Origin: Alphaproteobacteria bacterium
Lineage (GTDB): Bacteria; Pseudomonadota; Alphaproteobacteria; UBA2966
Reading direction: 5' to 3'
Assembly: GCA_964291395.2 (NCBI GenBank)
Contig: OZ219856.1
Span: forward strand, 928,001-992,000
Length of the DNA: 64,000 nucleotides
This document shows, piece after piece, positions 1 through 10,483 of the stretch (position 1 is its first letter; each line of letters begins with the position of its first letter). The notes beneath the pieces were generated by a model. The model saw only the letters and a list, made by a program, of their open reading frames with translations. It was not told the origin of the DNA and made no database searches. Both the position numbers and the translations under genes were made by a program.

Positions 1-1
1 C

Positions 2-310
2 ATCGCCTGCCTCAACACGGGCATATCCCGGCGAGCTGATTTCCACGTCGATCACGTCAGCGAACACGTCTCCTCCTACGACGCGGAAACCACGGCCAGG
101 CTCGATCAGTTGACCCAGCATTTCTTCGCCTACAGCGGTGACCTCCAGCTCGCCCGGGATCAGGCCGTAGCGGCGCTGAACTCCCTGGTCGCGCGGGACG
201 CCACGATCATGGCCTACAACGACATGTTCTTCGTGATCGGCGTGATCTTCGTGATCGGGCTGATCGTCTGTTTCTTCCTGCGCAAGGCGCCCGCGCAACG
301 ACGCGGCTAG
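2..310 (+). CDS. DHA2/EmrB-QacA family MFS efflux transporter, C-terminal part (runs off window start)
   Basis: Open frame from position 2; ...VARDATIMAYNDMFFVIGVIF... is the typical final TM region of DHA2 transporters. Confidence 0.75.
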   Translation: MACLNTGISRRADFHVDHVSEHVSSYDAETTARLDQLTQHFFAYSGDLQLARDQAVAALNSLVARDATIMAYNDMFFVIGVIFVIGLIVCFFLRKAPAQRRG

Positions 311-333
311 GATATTTTGGGGTGGAGCCGACC

Positions 334-360
334 TGGGGTCGGACCCGAGGTCCGACCTCA
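334..360. terminator. Stem-loop between convergent genes (bidirectional terminator or REP-like)
   Basis: TGGGGTCGGACC-CGA-GGTCCGACCTCA, 12-bp stem with one G-T pair. Confidence 0.5.
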
Positions 361-384
361 AGTTACGGCGACTGGAGGTCGTCG

Positions 385-999
385 CTAAGGTTTGAGCTTG
401 ATCCTCGATTCCTCGCGCTTGAGAAGGCGGCGAATATTCGTGTGGTGGCGGACAAATACCAGGACCGCGAGGAAGGCCGCGAGTTCCGTCCGCTGAAGAT
501 CGGCCAGGAACCACATATAGGCGGGGGCAACGGCGAGCGACACCAGCGCGGCCAGCGAGGAGTAGCGGAATGCCGCGGCCACGGCCAACCAGGTCAGGCA
601 GGCGAGCAGGCCGACCTCCCAACACGCCGCGATCAGGATGCCGAGCGCCGTCGCGACGCCCTTGCCGCCCCGGAACTTGAGCCACACCGGAAACAGGTGG
701 CCGAGGAAGGCTCCGCCGCCGGCCAGCACCGCCATATCGGGTCCAAGCAGGCCGGCGATCCAGAACGCCGCCGCACCCTTCCCGCCGTCGAGCAGCACCG
801 TCAGCGCCGCCAAGCCCTTGCTCCCGGTCCGCAGCACGTTGGTCGCCCCGATATTGCCGGAGCCGATCCGCCGGATATCCCCGTGACCGGTGAGTTTCGT
901 CAGCACCAATCCGAAGGGAACCGACCCCAGCAAATAGCCGAGCGCCACTGCTGCGAAGAACGGCCAGGTATAGCTGAGGTCTCCCATGGGGTCGGGCAT
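385..999 (-). CDS. plsY: Glycerol-3-phosphate acyltransferase PlsY
   Basis: YLLGSVPFG, GSGNIGATNVLR, GHLFPVW, FRGGKGVAT, RHHTNIRRL motifs; start MPDPMG at 999. Confidence 0.97.
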   Translation of the reverse strand: MPDPMGDLSYTWPFFAAVALGYLLGSVPFGLVLTKLTGHGDIRRIGSGNIGATNVLRTGSKGLAALTVLLDGGKGAAAFWIAGLLGPDMAVLAGGGAFLGHLFPVWLKFRGGKGVATALGILIAACWEVGLLACLTWLAVAAAFRYSSLAALVSLAVAPAYMWFLADLQRTELAAFLAVLVFVRHHTNIRRLLKREESRIKLKP

Positions 1000-1013
1000 G
1001 GTGGCGCTTCCGG

Positions 1014-2339
1014 TTATACCCGGGGGGAGAACTCGTAAACCGTATGCCCGGCGACGACCGTTCTCACGGCGCGTCCCTGAACCGGACGGCCGTCGAACGG
1101 CGTGTTCTTCGACTTGGCGACCAAGCCTTCCTCGCTGAGCCGCCATGGAGTATCCAGATCGATCACCACCAGGTCGGCCGGTGCGCCGGCCTCCAGGCGT
1201 CCGACGTCGAGCTCCAGGAGCCGCGCCGGGGCTGCGGTCATCATCTCCAGGACCCGCATCAGGGGCAGGGAACCGTTGTGATGGAGTTCGAGCGCCAGGG
1301 GCAGCATGGTTTCCAGGCCGGCGATGCCGTTCGCCGCCTGGATGAAGGGCTGACGCTTGCTCTCCTGGTCTTGCGGGCAGTGGTCGCTGACGATGACGTC
1401 GATCGCGCCGTCTCGCATGCCGCCGATCAGCGCTTGTCGATCCTCCTCCCCGCGGAGCGGCGGCGACGTCTTGGCGAACGTCCGATATTCGCCGACGGCG
1501 GTTTCGTTGAGCGCGAAATGGTACGAGGCGACACCCGCCGAGATCGGCAGGCCGCGCGTCTTGGCGTTGGCCAGGCAGGCGACGGATTCGGCCGTCGAGA
1601 CGCAGGCGGCGTGGTAGCGCCCGCCGGTCAACTCCACGAGCCGCAGGTCGCGCTCCAGCACGATCACCTCCGCGGCCGCGGGAATACCCGGAAGTCCGAG
1701 GCGCAGGGCTAGCTCGCCCTCGTTCATGCAACCGGTGCTGGCTAGGGCCGCTTCTTCGACGTGCTGGACGATCAGCAGGCCCAGTCCGGAGGCATAGGCC
1801 AGCGCGCGGCGCATGAGCTGAGCATCGGCGACGGCTCGGTCACCGTCCGTGAAGGCGACAGCGCCGGCTTCCGCGAGAAGGCCCATTTCGGTCATCTCGA
1901 GTCCCTCGATCCCCTTGGTGAGTGCGCCCATCGGGTGCACCCGCACCACGGCGTCTTCCCGGGCGCGGCGTTCGATGTACTCGACAAGGGCGGTGTCGTC
2001 GATCACCGGGTCCGTACCGGGGAGGCAGATGACGGTGGTGACGCCGCCGACGGCCGCCGCCTCGGTTCCCGTCGCCAGTGTCTCTTTGTGCTCGTACCCG
2101 GGCTCGCCCAGGAATGCCCGCATGTCGATCAGGCCGGGGGCCAGAATATGGCCGCCGCAGTCGACCGCGCCGATGTCGTCCGGCACGCCGTCGCTGAACA
2201 GTCCGGGGCCGATTTGTGTGATGCGGTTTCCCTCGGTGAGCAGGGCCCCTGGCTCGTCGCGGCCGTGCCAGGGATCGATCAGCCGCGCGTTGACGTACGC
2301 CACGCGGCCGGGGTCACCCTTCGAGAAACTCCTCGCCAC
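1014..2339 (-). CDS. pyrC: Dihydroorotase-like protein (PyrC, probably the non-catalytic PyrC' type)
   Basis: APGLIDM, EPGYEHKET, AAVGGVTTV, PPLR, SDHCP, SKNTPF motifs; adjacent to pyrB; HxH motif replaced by DMRAF. Confidence 0.9.
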   Translation of the reverse strand: MARSFSKGDPGRVAYVNARLIDPWHGRDEPGALLTEGNRITQIGPGLFSDGVPDDIGAVDCGGHILAPGLIDMRAFLGEPGYEHKETLATGTEAAAVGGVTTVICLPGTDPVIDDTALVEYIERRAREDAVVRVHPMGALTKGIEGLEMTEMGLLAEAGAVAFTDGDRAVADAQLMRRALAYASGLGLLIVQHVEEAALASTGCMNEGELALRLGLPGIPAAAEVIVLERDLRLVELTGGRYHAACVSTAESVACLANAKTRGLPISAGVASYHFALNETAVGEYRTFAKTSPPLRGEEDRQALIGGMRDGAIDVIVSDHCPQDQESKRQPFIQAANGIAGLETMLPLALELHHNGSLPLMRVLEMMTAAPARLLELDVGRLEAGAPADLVVIDLDTPWRLSEEGLVAKSKNTPFDGRPVQGRAVRTVVAGHTVYEFSPRV

Positions 2340-2344
2340 GTCCG

Positions 2345-3322
2345 CTACTCCGCCGTGCCGGCGTCCGTCGGCGAGGCGTTCGACAGATGGCCGGTCAGAA
2401 TGTCGAGGCAGGCCATGCGGACGGCGACGCCCATCTCGACCTGCTCCCGGATGACGCTCCGGTCGATGTCGTCCGCCACGTCGGTGTCGATCTCAACGCC
2501 CCGGTTCATCGGACCCGGATGCATGATCAGAGCGTCGGGCTTCGCGGCCGCCAGCTTTTGGTAATCGAGGCCGTAGAAATGGAAATACTCGCGCACCGAG
2601 GGAACGTAGGCTCCCTGCATGCGTTCCGTCTGCAGGCGCAGCATCATCACGATATCGGCGCCGCCTAGGCCGCTTCCCATGTCGTGGTACACGTCCACGC
2701 CCATGCGGTGGAACAGCGGCGAGACCAGCGTCGGCGGAGCGACGACCCGCACCCGGGCACCCATGGTGACCAGAAGCTGGATATTCGAACGCGCGACGCG
2801 GCTGTGCAGAATGTCGCCGCAGATGGCGACGATCAGGCCGTCGAGGCGTCCGCGCCGGCGGCGGATCGTCAGCGCGTCGAGGAGGGCCTGGGTCGGGTGT
2901 TCGTGGCCGCCGTCACCGGCGTTGATGACGGCGCAGTCCACCTTCTGGGCGAGCAGATTGACGGCGCCCGAGTGCGGATGACGCACGACCAGAACGTCGG
3001 GATGCATGGCGTTGAGCGTCATCGCCGTGTCGATCAGGGTTTCGCCCTTTCGGATCGACGAGGCTTCGGCAGACATGTTGATGACGTCCGCGCCGAGTCG
3101 CTTACCGGCGAGCTCGAACGACGTGCGCGTGCGGGTGGAGCTTTCGAAAAAGAGGTTGATCTGCGTACGGCCCCGCAGCAGCGATTGCTTCTTGTCTACG
3201 CGTCGATTCTGGTCGACGTACGCCTCCGACTTGTCGAGCAGGACGGTGATTTCCCCGGCTGACAGGCCTTCGATGCCAAGCAGGTGGCGGTGCGGATAGG
3301 AGTGGGACGTGGCCGTAGCCAT
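2345..3322 (-). CDS. pyrB: Aspartate carbamoyltransferase catalytic subunit
   Basis: [43 protein letters not shown] motifs. Confidence 0.98.
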   Translation of the reverse strand: MATATSHSYPHRHLLGIEGLSAGEITVLLDKSEAYVDQNRRVDKKQSLLRGRTQINLFFESSTRTRTSFELAGKRLGADVINMSAEASSIRKGETLIDTAMTLNAMHPDVLVVRHPHSGAVNLLAQKVDCAVINAGDGGHEHPTQALLDALTIRRRRGRLDGLIVAICGDILHSRVARSNIQLLVTMGARVRVVAPPTLVSPLFHRMGVDVYHDMGSGLGGADIVMMLRLQTERMQGAYVPSVREYFHFYGLDYQKLAAAKPDALIMHPGPMNRGVEIDTDVADDIDRSVIREQVEMGVAVRMACLDILTGHLSNASPTDAGTAE

Positions 3323-3363
3323 TAAAGGGCCTATATACGCTCACCGGTGGATAGGGAGCAAGC

Positions 3364-4233
3364 TTACTGCGGCGGTGTGCCCCTCAGCGTCGTACGGTGC
3401 AGATAGCGGCGTTGCGGCAGCGCGTAGTCACAGATGGCGAGATGCTGAGTGGGGATGTTGTCCCACATCAGAAGATCTCCCGGGCGCCATTTGTGACGGT
3501 AGACGAATTCAGGCTTCGTGCAGTGGGTGCACAACTCCTCCAGCAGATCCCGCGCTTCATCCTCGGGAAGGCCGAGAATTCGCGCGGTCTGGCCTTCGTT
3601 GACGTAGATGCTCTTGCGCCCGGTGATCGGATGGGTACGCGCGATCTTGTGCACCACCGGCGGCGCCCTATCATGATGCCGGTCTTCCAGTTCGGCGTTC
3701 GCGTCGCCGTCCGCGACCAGCTTCGCATGGCGATTGGCGAGGCTGAACTCGGCCTTGAGGTCCGCGATCCGGCTTTTCATGCTGTCGGAGAGCGCGTCAT
3801 AGGCGGCGGACGTGCTGGCGAACAGGGTGTCACCCAACGGCTTGCCGTCCTCGTCATGCGGCACCTCGATGGCGTAGAGCAGCGAGCCGCGGCTCGGCAC
3901 GGCCATGTAGGACAAATCGGTATGCCAGTAGCGACCGGCATCGTAGATGCCGACGTGCCGGTCCCCGTCCATGACGTTGGAGACGATCAGGATTTCCGGA
4001 TGCTCGGGGTGCAGATACTGGTCGAGAACGTGCACTTCGAGATTCCCGAAGCGACGGCTGAACGCGAGGTGCTGGGCTTCGTCGATCGACTGCTCGCGAA
4101 ACAGCAGCACCGAATGCTCGTTGTAAGCCTCCTCGATGGCGGCGAAAGTTTCGTCGTCGAGGGTTTTAGACAGATCCACGCCGCGAACTTCGGCCCCGAG
4201 TGCCGCGTCGAACGTCCGTACATTCAGCGTCAT
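3364..4233 (-). CDS. TauD/TfdA family Fe(II)/2-oxoglutarate dioxygenase
   Basis: WHTDLSY, HPITGRKSIY, WDNIPTQH motifs. Confidence 0.93.
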   Translation of the reverse strand: MTLNVRTFDAALGAEVRGVDLSKTLDDETFAAIEEAYNEHSVLLFREQSIDEAQHLAFSRRFGNLEVHVLDQYLHPEHPEILIVSNVMDGDRHVGIYDAGRYWHTDLSYMAVPSRGSLLYAIEVPHDEDGKPLGDTLFASTSAAYDALSDSMKSRIADLKAEFSLANRHAKLVADGDANAELEDRHHDRAPPVVHKIARTHPITGRKSIYVNEGQTARILGLPEDEARDLLEELCTHCTKPEFVYRHKWRPGDLLMWDNIPTQHLAICDYALPQRRYLHRTTLRGTPPQ

Positions 4234-4251
4234 AGTCCGAAAGCTTCCTGA

Positions 4252-5103
4252 TCAATACGGCCGGTCGCCGGCCGCCGTCGTGCGGTACATCAGGCGCGGC
4301 ATGGTGTCGTCATAGTCGCGCACGGCGTAGTGCATCGCGCAGCGATTGTCCCACATCAGCACGTCACCGGCGCGCCAATGGTGGCGGAAGACGTTTTCCG
4401 GGCGGGTCGCCCGTGCCGTCAGCATGTCGAGCAACGGCTGGCTCTCCTCCGGCGTCCAGCCGGTGAAGTTCATGGTGTAGTGGGGATTGACGTAGAGTGC
4501 CTTGCGGCCGGTGCCCGGGTGGGTGCGCACGACCGGATGGGTCACGGAGGGAGGCGAGACGTCGACCGACAGGCGGTTGGGCACCTCCTGCACCAGTTTT
4601 TCCGCGGAATGCTGGGCGGTCATGCCGTCGAGCACGGACTTCAGGCCCGCGGACAGTCCCTCATATGCTTCGTACATGTTGCAGAACATCGTGTCCGCAC
4701 GGCCTTCCGTAACTTCGATGGCGTAAAGGATCGATCCCAATGGCGGCACGTCGTCGAAAGAGATATCCGAGTGCCAGAAATCGTTGCGGGGGCCCGGCTT
4801 GCCGGGCTTGTTTTCCAGCACCATGACATTGGGATGGTCGCCGAGACCCCGGCGGGAGCCTAGGGGGTGCGGCTCCGCGGGGCCGAATTTCTCCGTGAAG
4901 GCGACTAGATGTTCCGGCTCGATCCGCTGACCCCGCATGACGATGACCAGATGCCGGTGGAACGCCTCCCGCACTTCGGCGAATACCTGGTCCTCGATAG
5001 GCCGAGACAGGTCGACTCCACCGATCTCGGCGCCAAGGGTTCCGGACAAGGGTCGCGCCGTGATGTGCATGAACTCGGTTTCGTTCCAGACTGCCGTGTC
5101 CAA
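4252..5103 (-). CDS. TauD/TfdA family Fe(II)/2-oxoglutarate dioxygenase
   Basis: WHSDISF, HPVVRTHPGTGRKALY, WDNRCAMH motifs. Confidence 0.93.
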   Translation of the reverse strand: MDTAVWNETEFMHITARPLSGTLGAEIGGVDLSRPIEDQVFAEVREAFHRHLVIVMRGQRIEPEHLVAFTEKFGPAEPHPLGSRRGLGDHPNVMVLENKPGKPGPRNDFWHSDISFDDVPPLGSILYAIEVTEGRADTMFCNMYEAYEGLSAGLKSVLDGMTAQHSAEKLVQEVPNRLSVDVSPPSVTHPVVRTHPGTGRKALYVNPHYTMNFTGWTPEESQPLLDMLTARATRPENVFRHHWRAGDVLMWDNRCAMHYAVRDYDDTMPRLMYRTTAAGDRPY

Positions 5104-5114
5104 GGATCCGACCT

Positions 5115-6488
5115 CTACTCCGCGCCGGCGGCCATGGGCACCTCATCGAAGAAGGTCGCCATGTCCGCGACTTCCTCGAGCGACAGGACCTTGTCGATGA
5201 GTACGTCCGCTTGCCCGGGCGTCATCGGCGCGACGCCGGCGGCGGCGCAGTCATGGAACTTGGCCTTGAGGTCATCGAGGCTCAGCGGGTTCTCGGGTGT
5301 GCCGGGTGTATGGTCGACGCGTCGGGTCAGAGCTCCGTGCTTGGCCGTGTGGATCGTCAGCTCGCAGGGCGCGAACTTTCCTGGCCAGTCGTCGTTGACG
5401 CTAACCGTCACCTTGTCGGCGAGATCGTTGATCAAGGGATCGAAGATCACATTCTCTTGGATCTCGGCGATGCCGAGCTTGCGCCGCGCGACGGCGCACG
5501 CGATCGAGTACTGGACGCTGAACTGCGCCGCGACCTGAGGATTGTCGCCGGGGTCCCAGTCTGCCCCGACGAGCTGGTTCATGAAGGGGGAGATGACCAC
5601 CTCCGCCCCGGTGACGTCGTCGGCGCCGAGGTCGAATTCATCGGCGAGCGCGACGGCGCCCTGGATCGCGACGTGATTGGCCGTACAGCTCGGATATTTC
5701 TTGGTCACGGTGACGGCATTTTCGTAGCGCTCGCCAAGGTCGGCGACCAGGGCCTGCGCGTCGCCTTCTCCGTAGAGCGTATAGAACCCGAACTTGCCTT
5801 CGAACGCCCGTCGGGGGGCGGTGAGTCCCTTTTCCGCCGCAAGCGCCGCGAAGACGCTCGACCGCGCCGTCATGCCGGACAGCATGCGCTTGACCAGGCT
5901 CTTCTCGACGACGGCCTGCTGCGCGCCCGCGGCCTGGCTGAAGGCGAGCCCGATCGCATTGGTCGTCCCCTCGGCGTCGAGTTCGAGAAGCTTCGCCGCC
6001 GCCGCCGCGCCGCCGAAGACCCCGTGCACCGCCGTGTTGAACCAGCCGCGGTTGCCCGCCATGGCGCCGCCGGAGCGGCAGCTGATGTCGTTGCCGAGCG
6101 CCATCGCCGTGAGGAATTCCTTCCCGCTCGCATGGCGCCGCTCGGCGACCGCCCAGGCCGCGGGCAGGGTGACGATGTCGGGGTGGACCGAGCCCTTTTC
6201 GTACACGCCATCGTAGTCGAGAGCGCCGGCATAGGTGCCGTTCATCAACGCCGCCACCGTCGCCGGCAGGCGGATGTCGGAGCCGAACACCGTGCAGTCG
6301 GGACTTCCGCCCTCGGAGAACACCAGTTGACGCAACGCTTCCGTACCCGGCGCCTCCGTGCCCGCCCAGGCAACGCCGAGGGTGTCCAGCAGGAACCACT
6401 TGGTGACGGAGACGGCATCGGCCGGAAGATCCTCGAACCGAGTGGAGGTGACGTGGTCGGCGAGGGTCTGCGACAAGCTCGGCATCAT
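5115..6488 (-). CDS. MmgE/PrpD family protein
   Basis: LLDTLGVAWAG, ALDYD..HP, FEGKFGF, KKYPSC, PGTPENPL motifs. Confidence 0.92.
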   Translation of the reverse strand: MMPSLSQTLADHVTSTRFEDLPADAVSVTKWFLLDTLGVAWAGTEAPGTEALRQLVFSEGGSPDCTVFGSDIRLPATVAALMNGTYAGALDYDGVYEKGSVHPDIVTLPAAWAVAERRHASGKEFLTAMALGNDISCRSGGAMAGNRGWFNTAVHGVFGGAAAAAKLLELDAEGTTNAIGLAFSQAAGAQQAVVEKSLVKRMLSGMTARSSVFAALAAEKGLTAPRRAFEGKFGFYTLYGEGDAQALVADLGERYENAVTVTKKYPSCTANHVAIQGAVALADEFDLGADDVTGAEVVISPFMNQLVGADWDPGDNPQVAAQFSVQYSIACAVARRKLGIAEIQENVIFDPLINDLADKVTVSVNDDWPGKFAPCELTIHTAKHGALTRRVDHTPGTPENPLSLDDLKAKFHDCAAAGVAPMTPGQADVLIDKVLSLEEVADMATFFDEVPMAAGAE

Positions 6489-6625
6489 GGTGGCGGGTTC
6501 CCGATACTACGGGTCGGAGATTCACGGCTCGCCGCAATCTACAGAAAGCGCCTGCCGTCGGGCAACGATCGAGGAGCTTCTCCGCCGGATTCGCGGGGCA
6601 TCTCTCCTCCTGATCGCGGATCGAC

Positions 6626-7102
6626 TCACCGCCGGCGCCGGTCCCTGTCCAGGCTGTCGAGAGCCGCCTGCAGGATGTAGGCGGCCGCCATCTTGTCCAC
6701 CACTTCCGACCGCCGCTTGCGACTGGCGTCGGCGTCCAGCAGCGTTCGAGTGACTGCGGCGGTGGACAACCGCTCGTCCCAGAAGGTCATGGGTACATCC
6801 ACGCGGGTTTCCAGGTTTCTCGCGAACTGACGCACGGATTGGCAGCGAGGTCCTTCACTGCCGTCCATGTTGAGGGGAAGGCCGAGCACCAAGCCGCCGA
6901 TTCGCTCACGTTTGATGATCTCACGCAATGACTCGGCATCCCCGGCGAATTTCCCGCGCCGCAGAGTGTCCAAGGGCGTGGCGATGGTGAGGGTCACATC
7001 GGACAGCGCCAGTCCCAGGGTCTTCGACCCTACGTCGATGCCGAGCCAGCGCTCGTCTTCGCCAAGCGACTCCACGAGTTCCCTTGGGTTGCGGGTGATC
7101 AT
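6626..7102 (-). CDS. ruvX: Holliday junction resolvase-like / pre-16S rRNA nuclease RuvX (YqgF)
   Basis: LGIDVGSKTLGLALSD, GLPLNMDG, WDERLST, DKMAAAYILQ; ATG at 7102. Confidence 0.96.
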   Translation of the reverse strand: MITRNPRELVESLGEDERWLGIDVGSKTLGLALSDVTLTIATPLDTLRRGKFAGDAESLREIIKRERIGGLVLGLPLNMDGSEGPRCQSVRQFARNLETRVDVPMTFWDERLSTAAVTRTLLDADASRKRRSEVVDKMAAAYILQAALDSLDRDRRRR

Positions 7103-7235
7103 GGCGGGTGTTACGTTCCGCCGCGCGCGAACGGACGGCCCCTCACGGCGTGTCGAAATCCATCGGGATTCGCTCCGGGCCTCCGGATTCGCTGGCGGAC
7201 CATCCGGAACAGCATCATCGCCGAGAAGTTGGCAC

Positions 7236-7523
7236 ATGTCGCTCGATAAGGCCACTGTGAGCAGAATCGCCCGCTTGGCGCGCATTCGTGTGCCCGACGA
7301 GGATCTCGAACGGCTGGGCGGGGAGCTCGACAACATCCTGAGCTGGGTCGAACAGTTGGGCGAGGTGGATACGTCCGACGTGCCCCCGATGACCAGCGTC
7401 GTGGAGATGCGGCTTCCCAAACGCGAGGACACCGTGACCGACGGCGCCTATCCCGAAAAGGTTCTGGGCAACGCACCCGAGTCGGAGGCGGGCTTTTTCG
7501 TCGTGCCCAAGGTCGTCGAATAG
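7236..7523 (+). CDS. gatC: Asp/Glu-tRNA amidotransferase subunit C
   Basis: MSLDKATVSRIARLARI...FFVVPKVVE; upstream of gatA. Confidence 0.97.
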   Translation: MSLDKATVSRIARLARIRVPDEDLERLGGELDNILSWVEQLGEVDTSDVPPMTSVVEMRLPKREDTVTDGAYPEKVLGNAPESEAGFFVVPKVVE

Positions 7524-9008
7524 ATGGCCGAGCTGACGCGACTCACCATCGCCGAGGCCCGCGATCGGCTGCGGGGCCGGGAGTTTTCGGCCCGGGAACT
7601 CGCGCAGGCCCACAACCTGGCCGTCGAGAAGGCCCGGCCGCTCAACGCCATCGTGCTGGAGACCGCGGACCGCGCGCTGGATATGGCGGAGGTCAGCGAC
7701 AAACGTATCGCGAACGGCGAAGGAGGTGTCCTGGAGGGCATTCCCCTCGCCGTAAAGGATCTGTTCTGTACGGACGGGGTCCGGGCAACCGCCGGCTCCC
7801 GGATCCTCGGCAACTTCGTCCCGCCATACGAATCGACCGTCACGGCCAATCTTTGGGATGCGGGCGCCGTGATGCTGGGTAAGGCCAACATGGATGAATT
7901 CGCCATGGGCTCGTCGAACGAGACGAGCTGCTTCGGGCCGGTCGAGAATCCGTGGCGGCTGCCTGGAAACGGCAGGCCGATCGTACCCGGTGGCAGCAGC
8001 GGCGGTTCGGCCTCGATCGTGGCGGCGCGCGCGGCCCTGGGGGCGACCGGCACCGACACGGGCGGCTCCGTTCGCCAGCCGGCCTCGTTCACGGGGTTGG
8101 TGGGCCTCAAGCCCACCTACGGCCGGTGCTCGCGCTGGGGGATCATCGCCTTCGCCTCGTCCCTCGATCAGGCCGGACCTTTGACGCGGACCGTGCGCGA
8201 TGCGGCCATCATGCTCACCGCGATGTCCGGGTATGATCCGAAGGATTCCACCTCCGCCGACGTGTCCGTGCCCGACTTCGAGGCGGCCCTCGGCGGTGAC
8301 GTCAAGGGTCTGCGCGTCGGCATCCCCGACGAGTACCGGACGGACGGGCTGCCCGCCGAGATCGCCGCGCTCTGGCAGCAGGGACTCCGATGGCTCGAGG
8401 ACGCCGGTGCGGAGACCCGAGACGTCAGCCTGCCGCACACCAAGTACGCTCTGCCCGCCTACTACATCGTCGCGCCGGCCGAGGCCTCGTCGAACCTCGC
8501 GCGCTACGACGGCGTTCGCTACGGACTGCGCGTGGAGGGCGAGGATCTCGTCGACATGTATGAGCGCACGCGGGCGGAGGGCTTCGGTCCCGAGGTGACG
8601 AGGCGAGTCATGATCGGCACTTACGTCCTGTCGGAGGGGTACTACGACGCCTACTATCTGCAGGCCCAGAAGGTTCGCACACTGATCGCCCGGGATTTCG
8701 AGAACGCCTTCGAGCACGTCGACGTATTGCTGACGCCGACCGCGCCCAGCGAAGCCTTCGCGGTCGGCGACAAGTCCGACGATCCGATCGCCATGTACTT
8801 CAACGACGTGTTCACCGTGCCGGCGAGCATGGCGGGCTTGCCGGCGATCTCGGTCCCGGCGGGTCTTTCGAAATCGGGTCTGCCCTTGGGCCTGCAGCTG
8901 ATCGGCAAGGCGTTCGATGAGGAAACGGTGCTGCGGACGGCGGACGTGCTGGAAAGCGCGGCCGGCTTCGAGGCGGAACCCGAACCGTGGTGGGAGATGA
9001 CGCAGTGA
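7524..9008 (+). CDS. gatA: Asp/Glu-tRNA amidotransferase subunit A
   Basis: Amidase signature [19 protein letters not shown]; [11 protein letters not shown]. Confidence 0.98.
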   Translation: MAELTRLTIAEARDRLRGREFSARELAQAHNLAVEKARPLNAIVLETADRALDMAEVSDKRIANGEGGVLEGIPLAVKDLFCTDGVRATAGSRILGNFVPPYESTVTANLWDAGAVMLGKANMDEFAMGSSNETSCFGPVENPWRLPGNGRPIVPGGSSGGSASIVAARAALGATGTDTGGSVRQPASFTGLVGLKPTYGRCSRWGIIAFASSLDQAGPLTRTVRDAAIMLTAMSGYDPKDSTSADVSVPDFEAALGGDVKGLRVGIPDEYRTDGLPAEIAALWQQGLRWLEDAGAETRDVSLPHTKYALPAYYIVAPAEASSNLARYDGVRYGLRVEGEDLVDMYERTRAEGFGPEVTRRVMIGTYVLSEGYYDAYYLQAQKVRTLIARDFENAFEHVDVLLTPTAPSEAFAVGDKSDDPIAMYFNDVFTVPASMAGLPAISVPAGLSKSGLPLGLQLIGKAFDEETVLRTADVLESAAGFEAEPEPWWEMTQ

Positions 9009-10447
9009 TCGAAGGCGCCACAGGCTCGTGGGAGGTCGTCATCGGGCTCGAGGTCCACGCTCAGGTGATCTCCGACGCCAAGCTGTTCTCCGGTGCCGCC
9101 ACGGCCTTCGGCGCGGAGCCCAATACCCAGGTCAGTTTCATCGATGCCGCCATGCCGGGCACGTTGCCGGTCATCAACGAGGCCTGCGTTGCCCAGGCCG
9201 TGCGTACCGGCCTCGGACTGAATGCCGAGATCAACCGATACTCGGTTTTCGACCGGAAGAACTATTTCTATCCGGATCTGCCTCCGAATTATCAGATCTC
9301 CCAATACGCGCAGCCCGTCGTCGGCCCGGGCATGGTGCGGGTCGATCTCGAGGACGGGTGCGTCCGCGAAGTGGGCATCGAGCGTCTGCATTTGGAACAG
9401 GATGCGGGGAAGAGCCTGCACGACCGGCGCCCCGACGCGACCTGCGTGGATCTCAATCGGGCGGGCGTGGCCCTCATGGAGATCGTTTCCAGGCCCGATC
9501 TCCGCGGCGCCGGGGAAGCCGGCGCTTACATTCGAAAGCTGCGAGCCATCCTGCGCTACCTCGGCACCTGCGACGGCAACATGGAGCAGGGTAGTCTCCG
9601 CTGTGACGTCAACGTGTCGGTTCGGCGCCCCGGCGCGCCTCTCGGCACCCGTTGCGAGATCAAGAACGTCAATTCGGTGCGCTTCGTGCAGCAGGCCATC
9701 GACTACGAAGCCCGGCGCCAGATCGATATTCTGGAGGGGGGAGGCGAGATCGAGCAGGAGACGCGCCTCTTCGACGCCGACCGCGGGGTGACGCGCTCCA
9801 TGCGTCGCAAGGAGGAGGCGCACGACTACCGCTATTTCCCGGATCCCGACCTCCTGCCGCTGGAGCTCAGCGATGCGTACATCGACGCGATCCGGGCCGG
9901 CCTTCCCGAACTTCCGGATCAGAAGAAAGTCCGTTTCGTCGAGCAGCTGGGCCTCAGCGAGTACGATGCGGGTGTCCTGGTCGCGGAAAAGGAAGTGGCG
10001 GACTATTTCGAGAGAGTCGCCGACGGACGCGAGGCGAAGACGGCCTCCAACTGGGTCACCGGCGAACTGTTCGGCAAGCTCAACGAGAGTGGGCGGGAAA
10101 TCGCGGACTCGCCGGTCTCCCCGGACGACCTCGGCGATCTGATCGACCTCGTCGCCGACGGCACGCTCTCCGGGCGCCTCGCCAAGGAAGTGTTTGACGC
10201 CATGTTCGAGAGCGGCCGCCCGCCCGGCGAGATCGTCGAGGAACGGGGACTCGAGCAGGTCTCCGACCGGGGCGAGATCGAAGCCCTGGTGGACACGGTT
10301 GTCGGGGAGAACGCCGACAAGGTGGAGGAATACAGGGCCGGCAAGGAAAAGCTGTTCGGCTTCTTCGTGGGCCAGGTCATGAAGGCTTCCCAGGGCAGGG
10401 CCAACCCGAAGGTCGTCAACGACATCCTCCGGCAGAAGCTGGACTAG
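9005..10447 (+). CDS. gatB: Asp/Glu-tRNA amidotransferase subunit B
   Basis: [38 protein letters not shown]; GTG at 9005 overlaps gatA stop (alternative start 8987). Confidence 0.97.
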   Translation: MIEGATGSWEVVIGLEVHAQVISDAKLFSGAATAFGAEPNTQVSFIDAAMPGTLPVINEACVAQAVRTGLGLNAEINRYSVFDRKNYFYPDLPPNYQISQYAQPVVGPGMVRVDLEDGCVREVGIERLHLEQDAGKSLHDRRPDATCVDLNRAGVALMEIVSRPDLRGAGEAGAYIRKLRAILRYLGTCDGNMEQGSLRCDVNVSVRRPGAPLGTRCEIKNVNSVRFVQQAIDYEARRQIDILEGGGEIEQETRLFDADRGVTRSMRRKEEAHDYRYFPDPDLLPLELSDAYIDAIRAGLPELPDQKKVRFVEQLGLSEYDAGVLVAEKEVADYFERVADGREAKTASNWVTGELFGKLNESGREIADSPVSPDDLGDLIDLVADGTLSGRLAKEVFDAMFESGRPPGEIVEERGLEQVSDRGEIEALVDTVVGENADKVEEYRAGKEKLFGFFVGQVMKASQGRANPKVVNDILRQKLD

Positions 10448-10483
10448 GCACCGCCCGCAGGCGAAAGGAACCGGGCTCGCCGA

